The translations under genes and the position numbers were made by a program. A model generated the notes under the pieces. That model had not been told where the DNA came from. It made no database searches and saw only the letters and a list, made by a program, of their open reading frames with translations. 64,000 bases of DNA from Eledone cirrhosa. Lineage: Eukaryota. This document shows positions 41,603 through 55,292 of this stretch, piece after piece. Where the stretch lies: NCBI GenBank assembly GCA_964016885.1, contig OZ024760.1, positions 14,384,001-14,448,000 of the forward strand. The letters run 5' to 3'. Position 1 is the stretch's first letter, and each line of letters starts with the position of its first letter.

Positions 41603-42117
41603 TGAAATTATTGTGTACAGTGCTCAGGTGCACTACAACTCATCAAAGGTGCATGTATAGTACATAGAATAATTGTTTCTACTTTTTGGCACAAGGCCAG
41701 CAATTACCCAGTGTATTACTGTTACTTTATTTTATCGACCCCGTAAGGATGAAAGGTGAAGTTAACCTCGGCGGGATTTGAACTCAGAATAGCAAGGGCT
41801 GTAACTCTATGCATCAAAGCATGGCGTCTGATCCTCTACCGATACTGCCAATCCACACATAGAATAATGTTCAAATGTCAGGAAAATGAACAGTGTATGA
41901 GTCATGATATACATGTGTGCATGTGTATGGAGAGGGGACATCAGCTGCACTGTTGGCAAATCTCAGGAAGCATGGAGGTTTTAAAGGATGCAGTGTCTCG
42001 ACAGGTAACAACTGATACAGGTAGTTTGTTCCATGCTTCAGCAACTCTGAGCGTGAAAAGTTGTTTCTGAAAGTCATGGGAGCTGTGCTATTTTCTGACT
42101 TTGTAGGCATGCCCAAA
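41603..42117 (-). mobile_element. CR1/L2-type LINE 3' end interrupted by a Meta-SINE (41668-41857, TSD acatagaataat)
   Basis: Reverse complement translates as HAYKVRK*HSSHDFQKQLFTLRVAEAWNKLPVSVVTCRDTASFKT; (ATT)n tail at 41581-41603. Confidence 0.8.
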
Positions 42118-42589
42118 TGTTAGACAAATATTGGTATGTAATGTATGGAACAAAACCGTCTAACCCATGCTAGCATGGAAGATGGACGTTAAACGATGAT
42201 GATGATGATGATGATGATAATGATGGTAAAGTAGTATAGTTAATATCAAGTATTGTGAGATATGTACTAGATGACTGATAAGTTTCAGAAAGCTGGTATA
42301 ATTGCAGTAGAAATATATAAAGGACAAAGGATGACAAATAAAACCAAATTAAGTAATATTTTTACCCAATATATTTCAGGGCTAAAACGAAAATATTACA
42401 AAACAAAACAAAACAAACAATCAATGTGTTCTTCCCTAACTGGTCTACTTATATGTGATGGTCATATGCAGTTCATATCTACCAAAATTTCAGACAAATA
42501 AATATATTTCAATAAATAAAATAAAAATTAGGAGGGAACATAATAGTACCACTGATGATGTTGCAGATGTGCAACAAAAGAACTTTGAT

Positions 42590-42658
<69 letters not shown>

Positions 42659-42820
42659 CTGTATTTTTAACCGTTGGTCAATCAATGATAAATATTGATT
42701 GCCAAATGAATTAACTATGGAGATATAAAAGATACAGAAGCAAAAGCCAACCAAACAGTGAGTGTGTTCTGTTATTATTTCTGGCAATATCATTACAACA
42801 ATATGACCCTCCCCAAGTAT

Positions 42821-42875
42821 AACAAATTGATGTGTCTGGAAATTATAGTGAGCACAAAATAAAAAAAAATAAAAA

Positions 42876-42906
<31 letters not shown>

Positions 42907-43020
42907 AAATCAAAAGATGGTTAAAAGAGTTCCATGTATTTTATTATGCGCATTTCAAAATGTATATATATATATATACATATATATATAAACATATATA
43001 TATATATACATATATATATA

Positions 43021-43063
<43 letters not shown>

Positions 43064-43183
43064 TTTGAAATGCGCATAATAAAATACATGGAACTCTTTT
43101 AACCATCTTTTGATTTTATATATATATATTTTTTTATTTTTTTATTTTGTGCTCACTATAATTTCCAGACACATCAATTTGTT
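42821..43183. repeat. Compound palindrome: outer arms plus family D half-ribozyme arms around a TA core
   Basis: aacaaattgatgtgtctggaaattatagtgagcac... and aaatcaaaagatgg...tgcgcatttcaaaa are both mirrored. Confidence 0.85.
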
Positions 43184-43261
43184 GGTTTAGTTTGCTAAAT
43201 TTTGACATGTGTGGTGTAAATCTCTTTGACATTTCATTCTCTCTCTCTATATATATATGGA

Positions 43262-43299
<38 letters not shown>

Positions 43300-43853
43300 C
43301 ATATATATATACATATATATATATACATATATATTTTTTTTTTACCTAATCTATTGTATCTGTTGTTGTCTTCTGTTTGTTTTTTCTACTTTTGTATAAT
43401 TTCGACTCAAACTAAAACGCATTCAAATTTAGTGTCATTACATAGAGTTTGTATCAAAACATATAAATATATATGTTTAACAGAAATGTCTGTCTCTCTT
43501 ATTTTTATCTCTCTCTGTCTCCTAATTTGTCTGTCTGTCACCTAGTTTTCAGTCATCAGAGTAACAAATAAATAAATACATATAAATAAATATATAAAAT
43601 ACAAAACTATTGTGTAGAATGAGATAAAAAAAAGTAAAAAAAGAAGAAATGTGAAATACTGTAGCTATATTTTATGAGAAAAACTAAAACAAGAGATATA
43701 TGACAAGAATTAGAGAAAATATTTAACCTGTTCATTAACATATTTCTAATGAAAAGACACTGCCTATGATTTTCAAGTAAGTTTTGAAAACTAAATAAAT
43801 TAGAAGGATTTAGTAATATAACTTTCTGATTTATTAAATTGGAGTTTTGGATA

Positions 43854-44206
43854 TACAGTTGTCCCCCGGTTTTCGCAGGGGTTTCTTTCCTAGAGCACCC
43901 GTGAAGAGTGAAAAACTGCAAATATTGGACGTGGTCCATAAAAATGCCTATAAATGTCAAAATATAACGTAAAATATAATTTAAAAAATAGGGAGAATCT
44001 TATGTGAATAGGCCAGCAAATACTGTATATTGTTATTAATAATTTAATGTTAAAAAATATATAGTGTCATGAAAAAAGCCATAAAAAAATTGCGGAAGAT
44101 ATTTATGATTCTGTGAATATGTGGTGGTTTCCATGCACAATTATTAGTTAGGTTCTAAGGAAAATTCTGTGAAAAACTGGGATTATGAATGCTGGGGTAC
44201 ACTGTA
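43854..44206. mobile_element. pogo/Tigger-like non-autonomous DNA transposon
   Basis: TA-cagttgtcccccggttttcgc ... ggggtacactg-TA, interrupting the AT-rich repeat. Confidence 0.55.
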
Positions 44207-46007
44207 ACAGAAAATTATGATATAAGGTATTTAGATAAATATAAACACTTTCATTACTATATTTCTCATGAAAAACACTGCCTATGATATTGAAATAATT
44301 TGGTCTGATTTAGTAATATAACTAACTTTCCCATTTATTAAACTGGAATTTGGAATATAACCTAACAAAGATTCTTATACTAAATCATGATAGAAAGTAG
44401 TTAGATAAATATAAACCCTTTAATTTTTTCATTACTATATTTCTGATGAAAGACACTGCCTATGATTTTCAAATAATTTTTGAAAACTAAAGAATATGGT
44501 GGAATTTAGTAATATAAAGAAGTTGAGGGGTGCTTGAGGGTGTTTCTTCTTTAAAGACCTTCTACTATCCAGCTCTACTGAGAATTTTTTACCACTACGA
44601 ACTAACTTTATCCTTTATTAACCCGGTGGTACTTACATTACTCTATATATACTATTGTATTTTTGTGGTAAAAGCGTTACCTCACATAATTATCTCACAT
44701 AATATTGAATTTACGAGAACTTGATATTATTCATTTTGAGAACAATACATTAACATAAGTATGAGCAGCCGGTTAGGGCTGGTTTGAACAGAAAGAGATG
44801 GGAGAATTCTGGTCAGATACAGCCAGTCTGAACAGAAAGAGGCGATAAAGTTCTGGCCGGATACAGCCAGTTTGAACAGAAAGAGGTGAGAAAATTCTGG
44901 TTGGATAGGGTCAGTTTAAATGCTAAAGGGTAAAGCTGTAGTTAGAGAATTTCTTTTTATAGATAAATACAAACTCTTTAAAATAAACAGCTTTGTAGCA
45001 CAGAACCAGAACCAAGTATTTTGGTAACAAAAGCATTAACTAGAACCATGGTACTGCTGTTTGGATTGTTGTTGTTGCTGCTTTGTTAGTAACTGTGGCT
45101 GTTATTGGTGTTTGTTGTTGTTGTTGTGTTTGCTGGTGTTGTCTGTTGCTATTGTTGTTGCTTGATGTTTCTGGTGGTGTTGTTCCGTTTTGTTAAAACT
45201 GCATGTCTTGCAAGAGTAACATGACTACCAAACTGACAGAAATGATATGCAAATATATTCATGTCTGTTTCTGTGCATTTATATGTTGTGGTTGGTGTTG
45301 GTGTTGTTGTTGTTGTTGTTGTTGTTGCTGATGTAGATGTAGTTGCTGCAGATAATCCTGTAGTAGTAGTGGTGGTGGTGGTAGTGGTAGTAGTAGTAGT
45401 TGTAGTAGTGGTGGTGGTAGTGGTAGTAGTAGTAGTTGTAGTAGTGGTGGTGGTAGTGGTAGTAGTGGTAGTTGTTTTGAGGTTTTAACTTTGGCAGCCA
45501 GCAAGAAATCCTGGTGTTATGTTATATTGTGGATATCATATCAAAGGAAACAACAGTGTCCCCCCCAAAAAAGGTATTCATACTTCAACAGCACTCTAAT
45601 GAATATTGCCTGTACAGGTAATCAAAGTGTGTATACATTTTTTGGGACACCCTGTATACATGCCTGTGTTTATGTATATATATTTAAATATGATGATGAT
45701 GATATGTATTTATTTTACACTCACACACTCTCTCATACATAAACATGCATATATGTATGTGTGTGTATATATATATATATATACAGGGTGTGGACGATAT
45801 TTGTTTGCAATTTTCAACTGCTAATTTTATGCAAATTTTTTTTAATTCCGTTGTCACTCTTGTCTTCATAAAAACAGTGACTATATTTCCTTTATTTATT
45901 TTCAGAATAATTGATTATGAATAATTTTGAACTTCCAAATTTGTGGAAGAAACACAGAGTTCTTCTTGGAATCCTCGCCGGGAGGACAAATAAGATCAGA
46001 AGATCAT

Positions 46008-46408
46008 GAAGTGATAAAAGCCGACCTTACCCAATTACACCTCTCAATGGCGATGACACAGGACCGTAACCTCTAGTGTCATGCAGTAATACAGAAGACC
46101 CGTGTTCCCACGGGTACAAGCCGAAGCTGAAGCATATAGACAATGTCTCCACCCCCTCCCACTGCAAAAGTGGTCGTGGAGGTGCCACAGCAAAAAAAGC
46201 ACCCAGTCCACACTGTAAAGTGGTCGTGTAGGCGCCACGGAAAAAAAGCACCCAGCACTCACTGTAAATGAGGTTGGTGTTAGGAAGGGCATCCAGCTGT
46301 AGAAATCAATCCAGAATCAGTTCCAGTACGAGCAAGACAAGGTCAGCCGACCGGGCACTGCCCACAACAGGACAACCCATCTAACCCATGCTAGCGTTGA
46401 TGATGATA
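46008..46408 (+). mobile_element. RTE LINE 3' end with full UTR
   Basis: EVIKADLTQLHLSMAMTQDRNL*CHAVIQKTR, followed by the aggaagggcatcc UTR. Confidence 0.8.
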
Positions 46409-46816
46409 CATATATATATATATATATAAAACTATATTAATGAAGATTGCTGGTATAAATACAGAGTCCTTCGGCCAGCGTCTACCTCACTCAACAAATC
46501 TAGTGATGTGCAGTTATGCAGCTGCACATCACCTGTTCAGAGTGCACACATTTAGTTTTACTGCAGAGCATTGGCTGTGTTTTAATTAGAGATGGATATA
46601 TATATACATACATATGTATCCAAGGGTCCGGGTGAATATGTCATTTATTTTGTCTGACCCGTTTAGCTTGACTCGTTTTTTTGGCTTAGGTGGTTAATGT
46701 CTTCTTGACCGCCTTCTCAGTTTGTATGTCCTTTATAACCTATGTTTATTGCTCTGGTCTTTTTTAGCCCATGGAGCGCTTGCCAGCATGACTCGAAATG
46801 CGATTCTCGCTGAATT

Positions 46817-46850
<34 letters not shown>

Positions 46851-47285
46851 TATATGGGATAACAAGTTATCGTTTTAGGTAATCCAGTTATATATATACA
46901 TATATATAACTGTCTGTATGTATGTATGTGTAAGCAGGGAAAAGCGGACGTATGATGATGATGATGATGATACACACACACACATATATAGCTTAGTAAG
47001 ATATTTTGTCAACCCTCACCACCAACCACCCACCTACCCCACCCAACTAATTGGTGGACCAGTGCTGATGAGAAAATAGATAGTCTTGGTTCTAAAGTTG
47101 GGATTTTGTTCTGGTCTTGTGACAATCTGATTCTCACACCTCACATACCCTTCCCTACCCTGGAATCAGTGTGTGTGTATGTGTGTGTAAGGCAAGTGGT
47201 GTGGGCTGGAAGGGTACTCAACCCCCCTCTCAATCTATCTCTCCCAGAATCGGTATGTATGTCTGCATGTGTGCATGTATGTGTA

Positions 47286-47329
<44 letters not shown>

Positions 47330-48658
47330 TGTGTCAATATGTATTTGTGCATGTGTGTGTTTATGTGCATGCGTGTGTGTATGTGTATGCAATCTGTGTG
47401 TATGTGTGTGTGTGTGTGTGTTTGTGTGTCAATATGTATTTGTGCATGTGTGTGTTTATGTGTGTGTGTGTAGGGCAAGTGGTGTGAACTGAAAGGACAG
47501 AACCCCCTCCTCCCAGACCCCCAGAATCTATGAATATATGAGTGGTGGCGGTGGGGAAGGAGGGGGGGGATAAAGACATAGAGAGTGACATACAGACATC
47601 CTGAATCTGTGAAGTTGTGTGCGCGTTGGTGGGGGAAGTGGAGTATGTGGTGGGGGTGAAAGGATAGAGACATAGTGACACACAGCAGGGGGGGGGAGTC
47701 CCACCCCAGAATACACCCCCCCAGGATCTGTGACTACATGTGTGTGTCTATGTGTGAGTGTGTGTGTGAGTGAGTGTGTGTGTGTGATTGAGTGTGTATG
47801 TGACTATATGTGTGTGTGTTTGTGATTATTCATGTGTATGATTATATGTGTGTCTGTGTGTGTGTCTGTGAGTGTGTAATTGTGTGTGGGGAGACAAAGT
47901 GATTTGGTGGAATGATAGACACAGAACGACCTCTACCACCCCCACCCCGAATCTGTGGCTGTATGGTGTGGTGTGTAGTGGTGGGGTATATGTGGTAGGT
48001 GGGGTCACAGCTCGTGGGGTAGAAAGATAGAGGCATAACTTTTCCCCAACCCCACACACCAGCCCACACCAGCCCTAGAATCTGTGTATATATGTGTGTG
48101 ATGGGGGGTGGGGACGACAGGTGGTGGTGGTGGTGTGGAGAGACGGAACCCCACCCCACTCAAACACCAGCCCCAGAATCTGTGAATATATGTGTGGTGT
48201 GTATGGTGGTGGTGGAGGAGGAGGGAGGAATGACAGGTGATGGAGTGGAGAGACAGAACCCTACCCCCCCACCTCAGCCCTACAATCTGTATATATATAC
48301 ATATAATTTTATATAAGAACATCTATTAAGTTATGTTCCAAACACTAGCTTTATACATATAACTAAATCATTCAAATTTGTTGATTATTTTTCAAAATTA
48401 TTTGTGTACTGACTGTAGGTTTCGCTTTGTACTTAGGCAAGGCGGGTCTTCTGTATATATTGTAAATATGGTTGGCACTAGGAAGGGCATCAAGCTGTAG
48501 AAAACCAGCCAGAAACTCTCCTATGTGTGCGAGACACGGTCACCTGTCCCAACTTGCCTCTAAATGGGACAAACCCGTCTAACCTATGCTAACGTGAAAG
48601 ATAGACATTAATCGATGATGATGAGGATGATATGTGTGTGTGTGTATATATATATATG

Positions 48659-48851
48659 TAGGAAAAGTATGACCCCGACGGCAGAGCTCAAGCCGTTTCA
48701 ATGGCTATTTCTGGACTAGAAATAGCTGTTGAAACGGCTTGAGCTCTGCCGTCGGGGTCATACTTTTTCCTATTTCCCACTCTACTACCCTAAGTATTGA
48801 GTACTCTGGTGCGTTATGGTCCATCTGGTTCCTTACCACAATTCTTTTGTT
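48659..48851. mobile_element. Family C fold-back insert
   Basis: Fold at ttctggact|agaaatagc. Confidence 0.8.
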
Positions 48852-49196
48852 ATATATATATGTATATATATGTATATATGTATGTATTTTGAACTTTGGT
48901 GTGTTGTTTATACATCTAGCCATCTATCTCCTACTCTCATTTTCTCACTCTCTCTCTCTCTCTCAGCCTCAATCTCCGCTCCCCCTCCCCCACATCCTCT
49001 TTACAGTCAATAATTACAGTTTAATATCATATTTTAGCTCTCTACAACTTGGCAGAGCAGGCCAGAACTATATTTGGCTCACAACCAAACTATGAAGCAA
49101 TCGGCTGCTTTCTGTTCATCATTTTGGTCAACTAATCAATATACGTACATATATACACATACACATACATACATGCACAAAAACACCTACACACAT

Positions 49197-49245
<49 letters not shown>

Positions 49246-50574
49246 TTATATCTATATATATCTATCTATCTCTCTCTTTCTCTATATATATACATATATA
49301 TGCATACATAGACACACAAATACATATGTATACACACACATATATATTCATATATATACATACATAGACACACACACATACATATATATACACACACACA
49401 CATATATATATACATATATATACATACATAGACATACAGACACACACACACATACATATATATACACACACACACATATATATATACATACATAGACACA
49501 CAGACACACACACACATACATATATACACACACACATATATATATATATATATAAATATACAGGTTGTGTGAGATGATACTAGAATTGAACAGCAAGACC
49601 ATTATTCAATTTAGTACTCTATAGTTAAGGAATGTAGAATGAAAATACTATTATAAGTATTCTTTGCAACAGCTAAGCTTAAACCATTTCGATTTGCTAT
49701 CAAAATCATTTAAGCTTAGCTGTTGGGCAAAGAATACTTATAATAATTGTTTCTACTTTAGGCACAAGGCCAGCAATTACCCAGTGCATTACTGGTACTT
49801 TATTTTTATCGACCCCATAAGGATGAAAGGCAAAGTCAACCTCGGCGGGATTTGAACTCAGATCGTAAAGGGACGTAACTATGCTGGAAAGCATGGCGTC
49901 CAACCCTCCACTGATACTGCCAAAAAAATTATAACAAAGTATTGTAGTTTGCTTGAAGCATTGTGGAATAGAAAATACAAATTTAAATAAGTTTAAATAT
50001 TTTAAAGCCCTGCAATGCGTGCAAGATTAAAAGTGCCAAGGTAATAGGAGTTATAGAGGAAAGTGTGAGGACGATAGAATTTTACTGTAGCAAATTTATT
50101 TATCTCAAATATTTTCGGGCTTAAAAACCCGTTCTCAAAGAGCAATAAGAGAAGAACTGTTTCTGGCTGGTTTCCTACAGCTGGATGCCCTTCCTAATGC
50201 CAACTACATTTACAGTGTGTACTGGGTGCTTTTTGCCATGTCTCCTACATGACCACTTTTCAGTGTGTGCTGGGTGTTTTTTGCTGTGTCTCCTACACGA
50301 CCACTTTACAGTGTGTGCTGGGTGTTTTTTGCTGTGTTTCCTACATGACCGCTTTTCAGTGTGTGCTGGGTGTTTTTTGCTGTGTCTCCTACACGACCAC
50401 TTTACAGTGTATGCTGGGTGCTTTTTGCTGTCTCCTATACAACCACTTTGCAGTGCGGGCTGGGTATATATATATAAGAAGAAAATTAACTCAAAACCCA
50501 AGAACACAACACCCAGTGTTTAAAATAGATAAATTTACAGCCATACTTCATTTTACCCTTTAAAAACATATACA

Positions 50575-51150
50575 ACCATAGCTTAGCTCAGAACATAGTT
50601 GAGATCGGGACATAGCTTAGCTCAAAACATAGTTGAGATCAGAACATAGTTGAGATCAGAACATAGTTGAGATCGGGACATAGCTTAGCTCAAAACATAG
50701 TTGAGATCAGAACAAAGCTTAGATTGGAACAAAGCTTAGATTGGAACATAGCTTAGATTGGAACAAAGCTTAGATTGGAACAAAGCTTAGATTGGAACAA
50801 AGCTTAGATTGGAACAAAGCTTAGATTGGAACAAAGCTTAGATTGGAACATAGCTTAGATTGGAACAAAGCTTAGATTGGAACAAAGCTTAGATTGGAAC
50901 AAAGCTTAGATTGGAACAAAGCTTAGATTGGAACAAAGCTTAGATTGGAACAAAGCTTAGATTGGAACATAGCTTAGATTGGAACAAAGCTTAGAGTGGA
51001 ACAAAGCTTAGATTGGAACATAGCTTAGATTGGAACAAAGCTTAGATTGGAACAAAGCTTAGATTGGAACATAGCTTAGATTGGAACAAAGCTTAGATTG
51101 GAACATAGCTTAGATTGGAACAAAGCTTAGATTGGAACAAAGCTTAGATC
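50575..51150. repeat. 17-bp minisatellite (gaacaaagcttagattg, ~26 copies) preceded by variant units
   Basis: Directly visible, highly homogeneous. Confidence 0.95.
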
Positions 51151-51670
51151 AGACTTTAACCTAAAATTTTTATATCGAGCAATAGCTGATAAGGTGTTTA
51201 TATTGAGAAATATAGGCAGAAAAAGGATGAAAGTGTGCGGGGGCGGAGGACACGGTCGACTTATGCCATTTCATATTTTCACGAAAGAATCTATAACAGA
51301 TAGATACACAGTGGCTGTGAGGAAGGTCAATAGGTGTAGGTCATTGGCCTGATGGTGTATATAGATATATATATATGTGTGTGTGTATGTGCATGTATAT
51401 ATATAAATATATATATACACACACACACATATATATATATATACACACGTAGACATGTATATATATACATCTACACAAATATATATATGCACACACATGT
51501 GTATATATATATAATATATATACACACATGTAGACATGTATATATACATCTACACAAATATATACGCACACACACATATGTATATATATATATAAACACA
51601 CACAGAGACACATATATGCACACACACACACACACACATATATGCACACACACACACACACACATATATG

Positions 51671-51738
<68 letters not shown>

Positions 51739-52728
51739 ATCATCATCATCATCATCGTTTAACATCTATCTTCCACGCTAGCATATACATGTGCACACAC
51801 ACACATACACACACATATATATATATGTGTGCCCTATATTATTTGACATGACCTTTCAACAAAACACAATGTTTGTCTTTCAAAACATTCAAATAATTGA
51901 CAACACTTCTGTAAATGTGCCACTCAGTCACTTTCCCATATACAAACTAATAACAGTGACCTTATATGGGCATATATCACTAGGTTTATGGGAATGTTAA
52001 TAGCTTTCAATCAGCAGAAGTAAAAGAAAGGAGACAATTGCTTGATCTTGGATCAAACAAAATGGGATTGAATGTGGAGTAGCATGGTTGCAGAGCAAAC
52101 CTTTTAACCCCACAGTTGACCCAGCTCCCCATTTTCAAGTTTCAGTTGCATTTTTATCTCATCTGAAAGAATTGGTTGTATTTAACTAAAAAAGAAATAG
52201 TCTACAGTCTGTCTCAAACCCAAACGTTGATTAATCCAATGCTCATCCTAGTTTCCTTGGTGTTAAATGACTGGGAGTACAAGACACCTTGCTGGACAGG
52301 ACATCAGTCCATCACAGAGTTAAAGTCTGTTTCAAACCCAGTTGTTCATTAGGCCAGGAGGCTAATCCCAATTTCCTCGGTGTTAAGTGACTGGGAGTAC
52401 AAGACACATTGCAGGATAGGACATCAGTCCATCATAGAGTTAAAGTCTGTCTCAAGCCCGGAAGCTGATTACGCCAATGCTTATCCCAGATGATGATGAT
52501 GGTGGTGGTGATGGCACAAGTTTAAATTTCAGAAAAAAAATTTAGTTTTTTTGGTTTTTATTGAGTTATCTCCCTTGCTTTTGTTTGGTTCGGTTAATCG
52601 TTAATAAGCAGTGTTTACCTTTCACATCGTTACAGGTTATCATCTCAATTAATTAACATTATCATGCTCGACACATTTAGTGAATAGCTATTTATTTCTA
52701 AGTTTGTAATAAAAATGGTGGACATTAA

Positions 52729-53320
52729 ATGATGATGATGATGATGGTGATAATTATGGTGGTGATCGAGATAGTGGTGGTGGTGATGATGATGGTGATA
52801 ATGATGATGGTGATAATTATGGTGGTGGTGGTGGTGGTGATGGAGATAGTGGTGATGGTGGTGTTGATGGTGATGGTGATAATGATGGTGGTGATCTCGA
52901 TGATGATGGTGGTGGTGGTGGTGGTGGTGATAATGATGGCGGTGGTGAGGGTGATAGTGGTGAAGGTGATATTGATGATGATGGTATTGATGATGATGAT
53001 GGTAGTGGTGATAAGATAATGGTGGTGGTGATGATGGTGATGGGGATGATGGCAGTGGTGATGGTGATGGAAGTGATGATGATGGCGATAGTGATGGTAG
53101 TGATGGTGATGGAAGTGATGATGATGGCGATAGTGATGGTAGTGATGGTGATAGAGATGGTAGTGGTGATGATGGTGATGATGATTATGATGGTGGTAGT
53201 GATGATTATGATGGTAATGATGATGATAGAAATGGCAGTGATGGTGATGGTGATGATGATGATGATTATGATGGTGATAGTGACGATGGTAATGATGGTA
53301 GTGATGATGATAGTGGTGAC
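52729..53320. repeat. (GAT/GGT)n array
   Basis: Directly visible. Confidence 0.95.
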
Positions 53321-53643
53321 TGACAAGACTAAAAATATAAACACAAATAAAAAGCTTAAAATAAACAAAAAAAGCACAATAGAAATTTTGATGAAATTTC
53401 TAAATCACAGCAGTAAGCCCAGCATTATTAAAATATATATATTTTTTTAATCTTGATTAAAAGATTAAAACTTAATAAAGCTAAAATAGCAAGTGTTTGT
53501 ATGTGTATATATATACATATATATATCCATATATATATATATATATGTGTGTGTGTATATATTCACACACATATATATTTGTGTGTATATATATACACAC
53601 ACATACATATATTTGTGTATGTCTATATATGTATATATAAAAC

Positions 53644-53680
<37 letters not shown>

Positions 53681-53780
53681 TGTGTATGTGTATATATATA
53701 TATATTTCAATATATGTGTTGGCGTGTGTTTGTGCACATATACATATGTATAAGTGTATGCATATGTGTATATATATGTG

Positions 53781-53850
<70 letters not shown>

Positions 53851-53858
<8 letters not shown>

Positions 53859-54278
53859 AGTGTATGTATACATGTAGTTTAAATCATGATTAAAAATTTA
53901 ACAAATCAAAAATAGCAAATAAATATAAAAACATAATACAAATATATATATATATAATACAAATGTCTGATGAGGACGTACTGTTGTACATCCGAAATAT
54001 GTATAATAAAATGTAATTGATCAAAAGAACATCTATTTTATTAATACTTATATTTTAATATTAATAACTCCTGAAAATTATTTTTCCCTTGAGTGCTTCC
54101 AATCTACTGTAAAACTCATTCTTTGACATAATCATCGAATATTGTTTAACAACTTAATATATATTTGTATTATACATATATATATATTTGTATTATGTTT
54201 TTATATTTATTTGCTATTTTTGATTTGTTAAATTTTTAATCATGATTTAAACTACATGCATACATACACTTGCATATA
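53851..54278. mobile_element. Family I hammerhead insert (53967-54016, +) flanked by ~115-bp inverted arms; related tail at 7850-7915 (-)
   Basis: CTGATGA-ggacgtactgttgtacatcc-GAAA-tatgtata-ataaaatg (5' strand of stem I lost at the junction); 53851-53964 is approximately the reverse complement of 54163-54278. Confidence 0.7.
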
Positions 54279-54769
54279 TATATATATATACATATTATTT
54301 TTTCAATATTTTCAATATTGTGATGGTTTTCAATGATATTCCTTCTTTCCTTGCAGCTTTTTTGCTGTTTTACAGAGATTTAAACTGTAAAGGCAGCCAT
54401 TTGCAATATCCAGTCAATCATTTTTTTTCCCTCTCTTTCAAATTCTGTTAAAGGCTTTTTAAAACTCTATATAAGCATGTTTATGTATTTATTTGTGTGA
54501 GATTTACTTATTTGTTTCGGTTTTGTTTATTTGGGGATTTTTTTCATGTAAATTTGTTTATTTAGTGTGAATTCATTCATTTAGTGGGGATTTTATGAAT
54601 TCGTTCTACAATAAATAACTAAATAAATGAATAAATAAATAAATGAATAAATAAAGGTGAGTAAACGAAGCACGTGTGAAATAATGCTTTCTTTAACATA
54701 GGCAACAACAAGGCCAGCAATTCAAGGGGAGAGGGAAACAAACAGTCAATTATATTAATTTGACTGAAA

Positions 54770-55292
54770 GAATACGATCGCAAATACAAATCCTCGGAAT
54801 AGGATTTCTTTGAAGGGTCTTTGGAGTAATGTTACTTGATAAAGTGTGAAGCTCAGAGATCAGATAGTCACTCCAGGTAGAGCTGTTACTTCTCTGAATT
54901 GAGAGATCATAGCTCCAATACTATAGGCATGTGGTTAGAATGTCTCAGGAAGAATTGCTTGACATATTTGTAGCTCAGAGATCAAAGAGTCATTCCAGGT
55001 AGAGCTGCTACTTCTCCGAATTGAGAGATCACAGCTCTGATAATATGGAGACGTGGTTAGAATGTCTTAGGAAAGAATTGCTGGACAGATTTTAAGGGCA
55101 AAACCAACAGATAAGAGACCCATGGGTAGACCACGAGCAGGTAGTTGGATAATATCCATGAGCTTGGCTGGTCACACTTGGGGATTCAGCCAGATCAGTT
55201 GGAGACGGTTGCTTCTGACAGGACCCACTGGAGGGAGTGTTTGAGGACTCTTCCCCCATGACCCTCTCAGTAATAAGTGGGTGAAGAAGATA
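54770..55292 (+). mobile_element. Degenerate RTE (Expander/Rex3-like) LINE 3' region with ~120-bp internal tandem duplication
   Basis: SSEIKESFQVELLLLRIERSQL**YGDVVRM..RIAGQILRAKPTDKRPMGRPR..DRTHWR. Confidence 0.7.

Noticed and set aside
50700-51150. CRISPR-like regular array
   Set aside because: Head-to-tail 17-bp units with no unique spacers, in a eukaryotic context.
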